Below are positions 34,021 through 46,600 of a stretch of 64,000 bases of DNA, one piece after another. Below the pieces are notes generated by a model. That model was not told the DNA's origin and searched no databases. It saw nothing but the letters and a program-made list of their open reading frames with translations. The stretch is from Heterodontus francisci (Eukaryota): positions 20,804,182-20,868,181 of the forward strand of contig NC_090410.1 in assembly GCF_036365525.1 (NCBI RefSeq), written 5' to 3'. Each line of letters starts with the position of its first letter. The stretch's first letter is position 1. The position numbers and the translations under genes are program-made.

Positions 34021-34945
34021 TGTTATGGCCACATGGTGAGAGGCATGGGTGGTTCCCACTGTTCAACTCCCACCTGACTGCAGCAAGGTGTTTTTGTTAT
34101 TAGGGTTTAAACCCTTTGTATTTTATTTGTCAAATAAACAGACAGGCTTTCTTGTAGCTTTAAAAAATATTAATTATTTATGGAGCAATATGCCTTATCC
34201 CGAAATTGTGCCAACCACATCCACTCACACATTCACTCGCACACACAAACACAAGAAGAGACAGATAGAAAAGAAAAGGGGTAAGTGGTTTTTAAGTGAG
34301 GTAGGGTTTTGGGGTTCCCGGTAAACCTGTTGAATTCTGTTGAAAGTCAAGTTCTCATTGGTTGCAGGCCTGAGATATTTGTAGATTTCTCTGTGGGTTA
34401 AAAGTTCAGATTGAAGACAGAAGATCAGTTCTAATTCGTCGATGCACAAGTTAAAAATGCAGGATTCTCAGCAGGAAGCCTCCCTCTGGCTTGCTGGATT
34501 TTCTCCCAGTTCTTAGCTGGACAAGCTTTTTGGTGATGCTTCTTTCTGGGTCTCTCTCTCTCTCTCTCTCTGCCTCAAGGGCTGCTTTTTTTAAGGTAAA
34601 ACATTTGTCACTTCAGATTCTCGAAGGAGATGCTTTGGTTTTTCCCCCATGGTACTCACACAATGACCCAGGATGAGAATAATCCAGTTATGAATTTTCC
34701 ACTTCATACCTTCCTTGTTTCAGTAGAACTCATTCAATTTAGGAATGTTTCATGATGGGTGTAATTGACACTTCTCAACCTGGTTAGTTATCCTTTGTTC
34801 TAAACAGACAGCATGGCAATGTTCAAATACATATGCAGCCATCCTTTGCAGCATTGTCCAATTTTTTAAAAGGTAAAATCAATTTTTATAACCCTTCAGT
34901 GTGAGTCTGTATTTTTTCATCATCACACTTCTCATATGCACAACA
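34021..34945 (-). mobile_element. Solo LTR (925 bp)
   Basis: TGTTATG...CACAACA ends; perfect 4-bp TSD GAAG (34017-34020, 34946-34949) in the host CR1; strand inferred. Confidence 0.8.
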
Positions 34946-34958
34946 GAAGATTAATGTC

Positions 34959-35191
34959 ATAATAATAAAAGCAAAATACTGCGGATGCTGGAAATCTGAA
35001 ACAAAAACAAGAAATGCTGGATTCACTCAGCAGGTCTGGCAGCATCTGTGGAAAGAGAAGCAGAGTTAACGTTTCGGGTCAGTGACCCTTCTTCGGAACT
35101 CAGGTCACTGACCCGAAACGTTAACTCTGCTTCTCTTTCCACAGATGCTGCTAGACCTGCTGAGTGAATCCAGCATTTCTTGTTTTTGTTT
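34959..35191. mobile_element. Penelope-derived palindromic mini-element
   Basis: 93-bp inverted arms (34995-35087, 35103-35195; one mismatch), 15-bp spacer, 15-bp TSD CAGAAGATTAATGTC (34944-34958, 35192-35206). Confidence 0.85.
35063..35101 (-). ncRNA. Minimal type-I hammerhead ribozyme-like motif (U4C variant)
   Basis: GAGTT-CCGAAGA-A-GGGTC-act-GACCC-GAAA-CG-TT-AACTC: stem I, core, stem II and palindromic ACGT stem III. Confidence 0.5.
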
Positions 35192-36899
35192 CAGAAGATT
35201 AATGTCCCCCACACTTATTACATGTGCCTTGGTTACAAGCTCTAATTATTTCTTGTTTAATGCTCTGTCCAACAGTACTATTAGCGGGCCTATAAACTAC
35301 TTCCTACAGCTTTTTCTGATCTTATTATTCATAATTTCCACCAATACTGATTCTACTTACTGATCATCTGAGCCAAGATCCTGGCTCACGACTGTTCTTA
35401 TGTTATCCTTTACTATCAGGGCTACTGCTCCTACTTTTTCCTTCTGCCTGTATTTTTGAAATGTTGTGTGTCCTGGAATATCTATTTCCCAATCTTGTAA
35501 CCACATCTTTGTAATGGCAATTAGATCTGAACTATTTATCTTTATTTGTGCCGCTAGTTCATCTCCCTTATTATGAATGCGTAAAGTTGAGGGGCAACAT
35601 GCAGACGCGAAATAGGAGGATTCCAAAGGATAGATCCTTGAGGGACACCAGAGATGCTTTGCACCTTCACATAAAGAGATGTTTATTTTATCTTTTTACT
35701 ACCATCCTTTGCATGGACCTTATTCGCTGATGCACTATTATCATTAAACTCTCTTCCTGTCCCACTTTGCCTGTCTTTACCTAAATCAGTACACTGCACT
35801 ATGCTTTGACTTTTCTCTTTAAATTCCATTATCTTTCCCTCACCTGACCCTCGTCCACCACCCCCTTTTAGTTTAAAGCCCTATCCACAGCTTTAGGTAT
35901 ACTATACGCCAGAACACTGATCCCAGCCTGTAAATGGATTCCAACAGAACACCTCCTTCTTTCCCCAGTACTGGTGCCAGTGGCCTATGAATCAAAACCC
36001 TTTCTTCCCAGACCACTCTTTGAGCTATGCTTTTAATTCTCTAATCTCCAATTGGTGCATGGCTCAGGTAACAATCCAGAGATTATTATCTTTGAGGTTC
36101 TGCATTTTAATTTTTACCATAACTCCCTTAAATTCTCTCAGCCAAACATCTTTCCTAGTTCTGTCTATGTCGTTGGTTCCAATGTGGACCACGATAACTG
36201 AATCCTTCCCCTACTACTCCAAGTTCGTCTCCAGCCACAAGGAGATATTTTCAACCCTGACACCGCGCGGGCAACACAACCTTCGGAATTCCCAGTCGTG
36301 GCTGCTGAGAACAGTATCCATTCCCTATACTGTCCCCTTTCATTAACACGCTCCTTTTCACTCCCCCAACTTGGATGGCTTCCTGCACCATGGTGCCATG
36401 GTCAGTTTGCCCATCCATCCTGCAGTGTTTGTTCTCATCCACACAGGTAGCAAGTACCAGGGATCAGTGTTGGTCAAAGTCAAGGGCCGAGTCTCCTCTA
36501 TCACCTGCCTGGCTTGCAGTCACACCCTCCTGTCCCTGACTGTTGACCAACTCAAACGTTTTACTTAACCTAAGGGTGTGACTGCCTCCTGGAACAAAGT
36601 ACCTTTCTCTAGTTGCTCTCCTGTCTCCTTCATGCCCTCTCCGAACTCATCTTACCTATGAGACCCATCTTCTGCTCCCGCGACCCTATTTCCACTAAAC
36701 CTCTAACCTCCCCTCTTGGTCCCCATGTCGGCTGACATTAACAGTTTTCTCTTCTCAGGTGTTTTTTAATTGTATATTAAATGTGTTTAATTGTATGCAG
36801 GTGGTAGAGATGAACTGGGGATTCACTTGAGCACATAAAAAGAGACACTTATTGAAACCCTGGTATGGTTGAGTTAGGTGGTATATACTGTAAATATAT

Positions 36900-37845
36900 T
36901 TATTTCACCCAGAAGGTGGTCGGGGTCTGGAACCTACTGCCTGAAAGGGTGGTAGATGCAGAAACCCTCATCATATTTAAGAAGTACTTGGATATGCACT
37001 TGAAGTGCTGTAACCTACAGGGCTATGGACCAAAAGCTGGAAAGTGGGATTAGGCTCACTCAATGGCTTTTTTACAGCTACAACAAAAACAATAGCCTGA
37101 ATGGCCTGCCTCTGTGCCATAAATATCTATAATTCTATGGTAGTTTCATCAAAAATGTAGTTGTAGATTAATCCTAAAGAGTTTGTGGATCTCTCTCTCA
37201 TGTAATAGTAGAACATGTTGTGTGTGTGCAGCTTAAAGTATTAACAGGGGAATCACATTAAAGAATTCAAACAATGCACCCCAAATGAGTAATAGCTATA
37301 AAGGTGTGCCTGCCTGCAGACACATACCATGAGGCTGATTCATTGCTAATAATGGCCTCCTCCCACCTCATTACATATATTGTTTCAATAATGTGCTGAT
37401 TTGAAATTATTTCTTCCTCTTCTTTAACAAGGTATTAACAAGGGTTGTTTTCCCTGGAACTGAGGAGGCTAAGGGGTGACTTGATTGAGGTGTACAAAAT
37501 TATGAGAGACCTAGATACAGTGGACAGGAAGGACCTGTTTCCCCTGGCGGGGAGGTCAGTAACGAGGGGACACAGATTTAAGGTGATTGTTAGAAGGATT
37601 AGAAGGGACATGAGGGGAAACTTTTTCACCCAGAGGGTGGTGGGTGTTTGGAATTTGCTGCCAAGAACAGTGGTGGAGGCAGAGACCCTCAATTCTTTTA
37701 AATGGTACCTGAAGTGCTGTAACCTGCAGGGCTATGGACCAGGTGCTGGAAGGTGGGATTAGTTTGGGCGTCACAGCTGGCACGGACATGATTGGCTGAA
37801 TGGCCTCCTCCTATGCTGTACTTTTTCTTTGGTTCTATGGTTCTA
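36900..37845 (+). mobile_element. Two CR1 3' fragments (~36900-37135 and ~37440-37845)
   Basis: FTQKVVGVWNLLPERVV and RRLRGDLIEVYKIM motifs. Confidence 0.85.
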
Positions 37846-38370
37846 TAAGTTAATAGGTTAATGTCTCCATGAACACAGTGTATCAGAGAATTTACTGAGA
37901 ATGTGTTAAGCGTTCGTACATTAATATCATTACCGGGCAATTTCAAGACATTTACGATGATGTGAATGTAGTGTTTGTTGTAAAATCCTTTCCCTTTTTT
38001 ATTCATTCATGGGATGTGGGCATCACTGGCTAGGCCAGCATTTGTAGCCCATCCCTAACTGCCCAATTAGCTTGGAGTTGAGGTACAGATCAGCCATGAG
38101 CTAATCGAATAGACTCTGAAGGACGAATTGCCTCCTCCTGGTCCATGTTCCTAGAAAAAGAGACCAATGCTCTGTCAAATAATTATAACAACGACAACTT
38201 CTATTTATATAGAGCCTTTAATGTAACAAAATCGCCCAATGCTCTTCACAAGAACATGATATGAGTATGACACCGAGCCACTTAAGGAGATATTAAAAGC
38301 AAAATACTGCAGATGCTGGAAATCTGAAATACTCAGCAGGTCAGGCAGCATCTGTGAAGAGAGAAGCAGA

Positions 38371-38405
38371 GTTAACGTTTCAAGTCTGTGACCTTTCATC
38401 AGAAC
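38371..38405 (-). ncRNA. Minimal type-I hammerhead ribozyme-like motif
   Basis: GTT-CTGATGA-A-AGGTC-aca-GACTT-GAAA-CG-TT-AAC. Confidence 0.6.
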
Positions 38406-38416
38406 CCAAGTTTATC

Positions 38417-38454
38417 AGTTCTGATGAAAGGTCACGGACCTGAAATTGTTAACT
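38417..38454 (+). ncRNA. Minimal type-I hammerhead ribozyme-like motif
   Basis: AGTT-CTGATGA-A-AGGTC-acg-GACCT-GAAA-ttg-TT-AACT. Confidence 0.55.
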
Positions 38455-39960
38455 CTACTTTTCTCTCCACAGATGCCGCCAGACCTGCCGAATATTTCCA
38501 GCACTTTCTGTTTTTATTTAAGGAGATATTAAGGCAGGTGACCAAAAGCTTGGTCAAAGAGTTTTAAGGAGTGACTTAACGGGGAAAAAAGTGAGGTCGA
38601 GAGGTGGAGAGCTTTAGGAAGGGAATTCCAGAGCTTGGGACCTAGACAGTTAAAGGAATTAGAGGAGTGCAGATAGCTCAGAGGTTTGTGGGTCTGGAGG
38701 AGAATACAGGGATAGGAAGGGGCGAGACCATGAAAGGATTTGAAAATCAGGATGAGAATTTGAAAATGAAGGCATTGCTTGACCGTGAGCCAATGTAAGT
38801 CAGAGAGCACAGGGGGTGATGGGTGAACGGGACTCGGTGCGAGTTAGGACATGGGCAGCAGACTTATGGATGAGCTTAAGTTTACGGAGGGTACGATGGG
38901 AGATGCCAGCCAGGAGTGTGTTGTAATAGTCGAGTCTAGAGGTAACAAAGAGGGTGAGGGTTTCAGCAGCAGAAGAGCAGAGGCAGGTGATGCTACAGAG
39001 ATGGAAATATGCAGTCTTAGTGATAGATGTGTGGTTGAAAGCTCATCTCATGGTCAAATATGAGGTTGTGAACAGTCTGGTTCAGCCTCAGACAGTAGAC
39101 AGGGAGCGGGATGGAGTCAGTGGCTAGGGAACGGAATTTGTAGCAGGGACCGAACACAATGGCATCAGTCTCCCCAATATTTAATTGAAAGAAATTTCTC
39201 TCATCCAGTTCTGGACATCAGGTAATTTAGAAACAGTGGCGGGGTAAGGGGAGAGGTGGTGGTGAGGTAGAGTTGGGGGTCATCAGCGTACATGTGGAAA
39301 CTGATGTGTTTTCTGATGATGTCACTGAGGGGCAACATGCAGATGAGAAATAGGAGGATAGATCCTTGAGGGACACCAGAGGAAGAGAAGCCATTGATGG
39401 TGATTCTCTGGCCATCATTAGATAGATAAGAATGGAACCAGGTGAGAGCAGCCCCACCTAGCTGGATGATGGTGGAGAGGCTTTGGAGGGGTATGGTGCC
39501 GTTAATTGTGTCAAAGGCTGCAGACAGGTTGAGAAGGACGAGGATGTCATTTGCGACTTTGATAAGAGCCACTTCGTTGCTGTGGCAGGGGTGGAAACCT
39601 GATTGGAGGGTTTTAAACTTAGAGTTCCGGGAAAGGTGGGCACGGATTTAGAAGATGACAACATGTTCAAGGACATTTGAGAGGAAAGGGAGGTTGGAGA
39701 TGTGGCAGTAGTTTGCAAAGACAGATGGTCAATGGTTGTTTTTTGAGGAGAGGGGTGATGATGACAGATTTGAAGGAGAGAGGGACAACACTGTTACACC
39801 AACAGCCAGTTGGTGAAGAATCTTTACTTAGTCTTACAGTTATTTACATAATAAGTAGCACAATGTCCAGCTCAACTGAGTCCTGCGAGACAAAGTGCTT
39901 AACTCAGGGAATTTAGTAAGTGTGGGAATTCGGTGCAGTGAAGGAGGAGGTGCTGTTTAT

Positions 39961-40136
39961 TTATTTTTAAAATTTATTTAGCGATACAGCACTGAAACAG
40001 GCCCTTCGGCCCACCGAGTCTGTGCCGACCAACAACCACTCATTTATACTAACCCTACAGTAATCCCATATTCCCTATCACCTCCCTACACTAGGGGCAA
40101 TTTACAACGGCCAATTTACCTATCACCTGCAAGTCT
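39961..40136 (-). mobile_element. HE1-type V-SINE, 3' half
   Basis: gatacagcactgaaacaggcccttcggcccaccgagtc tail. Confidence 0.88.
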
Positions 40137-40502
40137 TCTAGTCTTTTACAGAACAAGCAGTGATTCAAGAGAGGGAGCCAGAGAGAGTGAGACCTGAGAG
40201 GTGAAGTCCAGAGGCAGTAATCAGGTGAGCAGGTAGGTGATTGGTTGGAGAGTTTTAATATTATTTTTCTCTTTCTAAGCTGGGACAGTAGTTTAAATTG
40301 GTAATGGGGAGATATAAGTATTGTATTAAAATTATAGCTTAACTAGTTAAACTATTTAATATAACTACAAATAATCATAATATTTTTAAACTTGAAATCT
40401 AATTAGTTAAAAAAAAAAGCTAAATAAAGATGGCAGGGCAGGTGATGCTATTCAGCTGCAGCATATGGAGCTGATGGACACCAGTGTGATCCACAGTAAC
40501 CG

Positions 40503-41040
40503 CAGGCTGGATTTTGAGCAGCATGGCGGGGCTCCTGGCAATGGGCTGAAAAGGTGGGGGGAACCCTGCTTCGGATTTTCGAGCCCACAACCATCCCCCC
40601 TCCCCCATCGCGATCCTCCATTGTTCCGGAAGCAAAGTTTCCGGTGCCGGAATCTCTGTCGCCTTCAACAGCTGCTGGCCAATCACAGGGCCAGCTCAGC
40701 AGTATCAGCAGCGCTAATGGGACCGGTGGCCACTGCTGGTACTGCAGAGGCCTTGGGCTTTGGACAGTGGCCCAGTGCTGGAACCCGGACTTCAGGTAGG
40801 TGAGGTGGGGTCTCCAGGGCCAGTCTGGAAGGCCCCGGTGATGGGAGGTGAGGGTTTGTGTGAGAAGTGCAGTGATAGGGGATCCATGGAAGTGGAGGTT
40901 TTGCCAGCTGGGTCCTCCATGTGCCACAGGTTGCCCACGGAGGAGGCACCTACCTCTAGACCACAGGGAGGGTGCTTCATATTACAAGGCATCCCCCACT
41001 ACTGAATAAATCCCAGCGGTGGGGGGAGTGAGGCCCTTAG
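40503..41040. mobile_element. GC-rich MITE-like DNA element (PIF/Harbinger-like)
   Basis: Begins ggctggatttt like 55296 and 50962; replaces most of the host CR1 ORF1. Confidence 0.6.
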
Positions 41041-41756
41041 GTGCTCTGTTAATAAAGGAAGAGATCAGTACAGTCATGAGAAATGATCCTAGCTTGGAAG
41101 ATCAAGATGTAGAATCAGTTTGGGTGGAGATAAGAAATAGCAAAGGAAAGAAATCAGTGGTGGGAGAGGTTTATAGGTGCCCTGACAGTATCTACACTGT
41201 GAAACAGAGTATAAATCAAGACATAATGGGAGCTTGTAAGAAAGGTACTGCAATAATTGTGAGCACTTTAATCGTTATGTAGATTGGATGAAGCATATTG
41301 GCATATGGCAATATAATTGGCAATATTAGCAAAGAACGATGAAGTTCATAGGGTGTATTCAGTACAGTTTATTAGAACAATACATTTTGGAACCAACCAA
41401 GGAGCAGGCCATTATAGACCTAGTAATGTGCAATGAGACAGGATTAATTAATGACCACATAGTAAAGGATCCTTTGGAAAGCGTGATCATAACATGATAG
41501 AAGGTCACATTCTGTTTGAAGATCAGAAATTTTGGTCTAAAACTAGTGTCTTAAAATTATGTAAAGGCAATGACAAGGTAATGAAAACAGAGTTAGCTAG
41601 ACTGGGAAAATATGTTAAAAGGTAAGACGTAGAGAAGCAGTGGCAGACATTTAAGGAGACAGTTCATAACTCTCAACAAAGATATATTCCATTGAGAAAG
41701 GAAGACTCTGTGAGAAGGATGCACCATCTGTGGCCGATTAAGGCAGTGAAGGATAG

Positions 41757-42729
41757 TGTTATGATCCCGTTAGGGACAGTTAACATTTAAAAAGAGTAAG
41801 TCGAATTCCGAGGTATTATTGAAAGAATTCCGTCACAAGATTTCTTGTTTTAAACAAAAAACTTTACTGTGCTAAACAAAACAAAACACTATTAACTTAA
41901 TATTACAATTTGAAATCACTCATACTTTAAACTTAACATCTTCACAGAACATGAAAACATATACTTTAAAACTCTAAATCTCAACCGAACACCCCTGTTT
42001 GACTTTTACTCCCACCCCAAGAGTACCCCTATACTTTACAGGATATCGGTGGTCTGCTCACCTCTCCTGGGACCAATCCAAAGTGTACCACAGCTCTTAG
42101 GAATTCACTTTGATTGTCCTTAATTTCTCCACTGTCTTCCCAGGTATGAGATCTCCTGGGGATTCTCCCTCGAGCATCCAAATAGGCAATCGTCCAACTC
42201 TCTTTCAACACCTCACGAATCTGGATTTCCAGCTTGAGCATGGACCTTAATCAAAACAGAAACACCCCTGGTTCCCGATGACCACTTTGCTCCTGAGTGC
42301 AGCAGCTTCCAAAGCCAACCACTTTCCAAAAGCCAACTGACTCCCTATGTCAGCAAGCACAGAGATAAAAAAAAACTTTGAGCAACAGGCACCATAGCAC
42401 AGTGCTACACATGGGAGGTCCTAGATAGCAATTTAAACTAATTACCTCCAACTCCCAAAACATCTCTGATTTTTGATACCCAAATGAATCATTGATATTG
42501 CTAACAATGACAGAGCAATCCCTTCCAGACTGTTTGGCTTCAACTCCCAACAAGTCCACCTGCTGTTTAATGGCTCTCACCTCTCTAACTTTGTCTCTGT
42601 AAGCACTCATGGAGAGATCTTTGAACTTTAAATCTTGAGTAGTCTGCAACCTTTTGAAGTTCATACAGCTACATAAATAATTCCCCAAAACTAAAAGCAG
42701 CCTCTAAATTATTAATACAAACCATAACA
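41757..42729 (-). mobile_element. Solo LTR (973 bp)
   Basis: TGTTATG...CATAACA 7-bp terminal inverted repeat; interrupts the host CR1 (aaggatag|...|aaggtatcaaattg); TSD degraded; strand inferred. Confidence 0.7.
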
Positions 42730-43095
42730 AAGGTATCAAATTGAAAGAAAAGGCGTACAATGCTGCAAAGATCAACGGTCGGCAGGAGTTTAAGAAATTT
42801 TAAGAACCAGCAAAGGATGGCTAAACAAATAAAGAGGGAGTAAAGTAGAAAGAAATATAAAAACAGAATATAAAAGCTTCTAAAAGTATATAAAAAGGAA
42901 AAGAGTAGTTCAAGTAAGTGCTGGTCCCTTAGAGGATGAGACTGGGGAATTAACAAAGGGAAACAAGGCAGCCACTATGAACATGTATTTTCTATCTGTT
43001 AAAACAGTAGAAGACACAAAAAGCATCCCAGGAATAGTAGAAAATTAAGAGACAGAAGGAGGGAGGAACTCAAAATAATCACTATCGCTATCACA

Positions 43096-43448
43096 GGGGC
43101 GGCACAGTGGCACAGTGATTAGCACCGCAGCCTCACAGCTCCAGCGACCCGGGTTCAATTCTGGGTACTGCCTGTGTGGAGTTTGCAAGTTCTCCCTGTG
43201 TCTGCGTGGGTTTCCTCCGGGTGCTCCGGTTTCCTCCCACATGCCAAAAGACTTGCAGGTTGATAGGTAAATTGGCCATTATAAATTGCCCCTAGAATAG
43301 GTAGGTGGTAGGGAAATATAGGGACAGGTTGGGATGTGGTAGGAATATGGGATTAATGTAGGATTAGTATAAATGGGTGGTTGATGGTCGGCACAGACTC
43401 GGTGGGCCGAAGGGCCTGTTTCAGTGCTGTATCTCTAACTAACTAACT
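43096..43448 (+). mobile_element. HE1-type V-SINE, full length
   Basis: A/B boxes, V domain, (ctaa)n tail. Confidence 0.92.
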
Positions 43449-43672
43449 GAAAAATAAGTACTAGGAAAACTAATTTGTTTCATGGAATGTGGGCATCACT
43501 GGCAAGGCCAGCATTTATTACCCATTCCTAATTGCCTTTGAGTCGGCAGTGGTGAGCCACCTTCTTGAATCGCTGCAGTCCATCTGGTGTGGGTACACCA
43601 GAATAGTGATATATGTTTCCTAATCAGGATGGTGTTTGGCATGGAGGGAAACTTGAAGATGGTGGTGTTCCC

Positions 43673-46600
43673 TTCCGGGAGCGGAGAGGAGCGCAGTGGA
43701 CCTGTGGGGAGAACGCCAATAGCGGAGCCTATAAATCGAACCCGAGGATCGAGGCCCGGTCTCTTACCTTCCAGGAGAGGAGCGGAGAGCAGTCGGACCT
43801 CTTCCAGCGTGCCGGAATTTTGAAAAAAAAAGCCAACAGTGACATCACAGGAGAGCTGCAAGGTGATTGGTTGGTGAGTCACTGCTGTTAGGGAATAGCT
43901 CTAACTAGCTGGGTAAGTATCTCAGGTAAAAAAGGTTTAAAGTTTCTTTCAAATATAGTAAGTAGTGTTTTTTTTTAGGGAGTTCTGTAGTAACGAGGAC
44001 CAGGGAAGAAGGGCCCTAGAGTAACTGATATTATTGGACATTAAGATCTTACATTAAGAAGGTTTAATTTAATTTAAAGGGTTAAGTCATGGCAGGAGAA
44101 CTCAAAGCCGTGGTGTGCTTCTCATGCTCCATGTTGGAAGCCGGGAACATTTACAGTGTCCGGGACCAACATGTGTGCAGGAAGTGTGTCCAGCTGCAGC
44201 TCCTGGAAGCCCAGGTTTCGGAGCTGCAGCGGCAGCTGGGGACACTGTGGAGCATCCATGAGGCGGAGAGTATACGTGCTATCCACGATAGAGAGGTGGT
44301 CACACCGCAGGCTCAGACCCCACAGGCAGGAAGGGAATGGGTGACCACCAGGCAGAGCAAGAGGACTAGGCAGGCAGTTCAGGAATCTCCTGTGGCTATT
44401 CCCCTGCAAAACAGATATACTGCTTTGGATACTGTTGTGGGGAATGGCCTCTTAGGGGAAAGCAGCAACAGCTCAATTTGTTGCACCACGGTTGGCTCTG
44501 CTGCACAGGGGAGGAGTAAAAAGTGTGGCAATGCGATAGTTATAGAGGATTCAATTGTAAGGGGAATAGATAGGCATTTCTGTGACTGCAAAAGACACTC
44601 CAGGATGGTATGTTGCCTCCCTGGTGCTAGGGTCAAGGATGTCTCAGAGCGGTTACAGGACATTCTGAAGGGGGAGGGTGAACAGCCAGTGGTCGTGGTA
44701 CACATTGGTACAAACGACATAGGTAAAAAAAAGGATGAGGTCCTAAAAGCAGAATATAGGGAGCTAGGAAGTAAGTTGAAAAGTAGGACCTCAAAGCTAG
44801 TGATCTCAGGATTACAACCAGTGCCACGTGCTAGTCAGAGTAGAAATAGCAGGATATATCGGATGAATACAGCTGAAGAGATGATGTGAGGGGGAGGATT
44901 TTAGTTTGCTGGGGCATTGGGACCGGTTCTGGGGGAGGTGGGACCAGTACAAACTGGACGGGTTACACCTGGGCAGGACCGGGACTGATGTCCTCGGGGG
45001 AGTATTTGCTAGAGTGGTTGGGGAGGGTTTAAACTAAAATGGCAGTTTGATGGGAACCTTTGCAAGGAGTCAGAGGAGGGGGGAATCAAAGACAAGAACA
45101 AAAGATAGTAAGAAGAATAAGAAAAGTGATAGGCCGAGAAATCAAGGGCCTGAATCAAACAGGGCCACATTGAAAAATAATGGGAAGAGGACAAGTAATG
45201 TGCCTTAACACGCGGAGCATTTGCAATAAGGTGGATGAATTAATCGCGCAAATAGACGTGAACGGGAATGATAAAGTGGGGATTACGGAGACATGGCTGC
45301 AGGGTGACCAGGGATGGGAAATGAACATCCAGGGATATTCAATATTTAGGAAGGGCAGACAAAAAGCAAAAGGCGGTGGAGATGCATTGCTGGTTAAAGA
45401 GGAAATAGTGAGGAAAGATATTAGCTCTGACGATGTGGAATGTGTATAGGTAGAGCTGAGAAACACTAAGGGGCAAAAAACATTAGTGGGGGTTGTATAT
45501 AGACCCCCAAACTGTAGTGGTGATGTTGGGAATGGCATTAAACAGGAAATTAGAGACGCATGCAATAAAGGAACATCTGTAATTATGGGCGACTTTAATT
45601 TGCATATAGATTGGACAAATCAAATTACTCACAATACCGTAGAGGGGGAATTCTTGGAATGTATATGGGATGGTTTTCTGGACCAATATGATAGAATTCT
45701 TCATCAAGATGGAGAGTGACGTATTGCTTCTGAGACAAGGGTCCTTAATCTTAGTAAAGGAAACTACGAAGGTATGGGACGCGAGTTGACCATGACGGAT
45801 TGCGAAATGTTACTTAAAGGGACGACGGTGGATAGGCAATGGCAAACATTTAAAGAGCGCGTGAATGAATTGCAACAATTGTTTATCCCTGTCTTGCGCA
45901 AAAGTAAAACTGGAAAGGTAGCCAAACCATGGCTTACAAGGGAAATTAGAGATAGCATTAGATCCAAGGAAGAGGCAAATAAATTTGCCAGGAAAAACAA
46001 TAGACCTGAGGATTGAGAGCAGTTTAGAATTCAGCAAAGGAGGACTAAGGGATTGATTAAGAAGGGGAAAATAGAGTACGAAAGCAAGCTTGCGGGGAAC
46101 ATAAAAACTGACTGTAAAAGTTTCTATAGGTATGTGAAGAGAAAAAGATTGGTGAAGACAAATGTAGGTCCCTTACAGTCAGAAACAGGGGAATTTATTA
46201 TGGGGAATAAAGAAATGGCTAACTAAATGACCAACTAAATGCATACTTTGGTTCTGTCTTCACAAAGGAGGACACAAATATCATACCAGTAATGTTGGGG
46301 AACACAGGGCTTAGTGAGGGAAGAAACTGAAAGAAATCAGTATTAGTATAAAATGATGTTGGAGAAATTGATGGGATTGAAGGCCGATAAATCCCCAGGG
46401 CCTGATGGTCTGCATCCCAGAGCACTTAAGGAAGTGGCCCTCGAAATAATGGATGCATTGGTGGTCATCTTCCAAGATTCTCTAGACTCTGGAACAGTTC
46501 CTACAGATTGGAGGGTAGCTAATGTAGAGAGAAAGCAGGGAATTATAGATCAGTCAGCCTGACGTCTGTAGTGGGGAAAATTCTAGAGTCCATTATCAAA

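Larger units (their letters stand above)
31988..36600 (-). mobile_element. Long old CR1 (esterase ORF1, endonuclease, RT remnants) fragmented by later insertions
   Basis: [11 protein letters not shown] and KFADDTK at 31990-32120; IAITKMWLQ endonuclease at ~35500; ORF1 remnants at ~36000-36400. Confidence 0.8.
38297..38517. mobile_element. Penelope-derived palindromic mini-element inserted in L2
   Basis: Inverted arms meet at ~38406-38416; 15-bp TSD TTAAGGAGATATTAA (38282-38296, 38518-38532). Confidence 0.85.
38190..39790 (-). mobile_element. L2-like LINE ORF2 fragment
   Basis: LSAAFDTI, GVPQGS and HMYADDPQLY RT motifs (ORF 39201..39572); LSDLHWL motif. Confidence 0.85.

Noticed and set aside
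40420-41005. Cluster of overlapping ORFs on both strands
   Set aside because: GC-rich non-coding MITE; no recognisable protein motif.
44089-44889. Domesticated esterase gene
   Set aside because: Lies within a CR1 element; the GDS motif is altered and a frameshift separates the DGLH catalytic motif.
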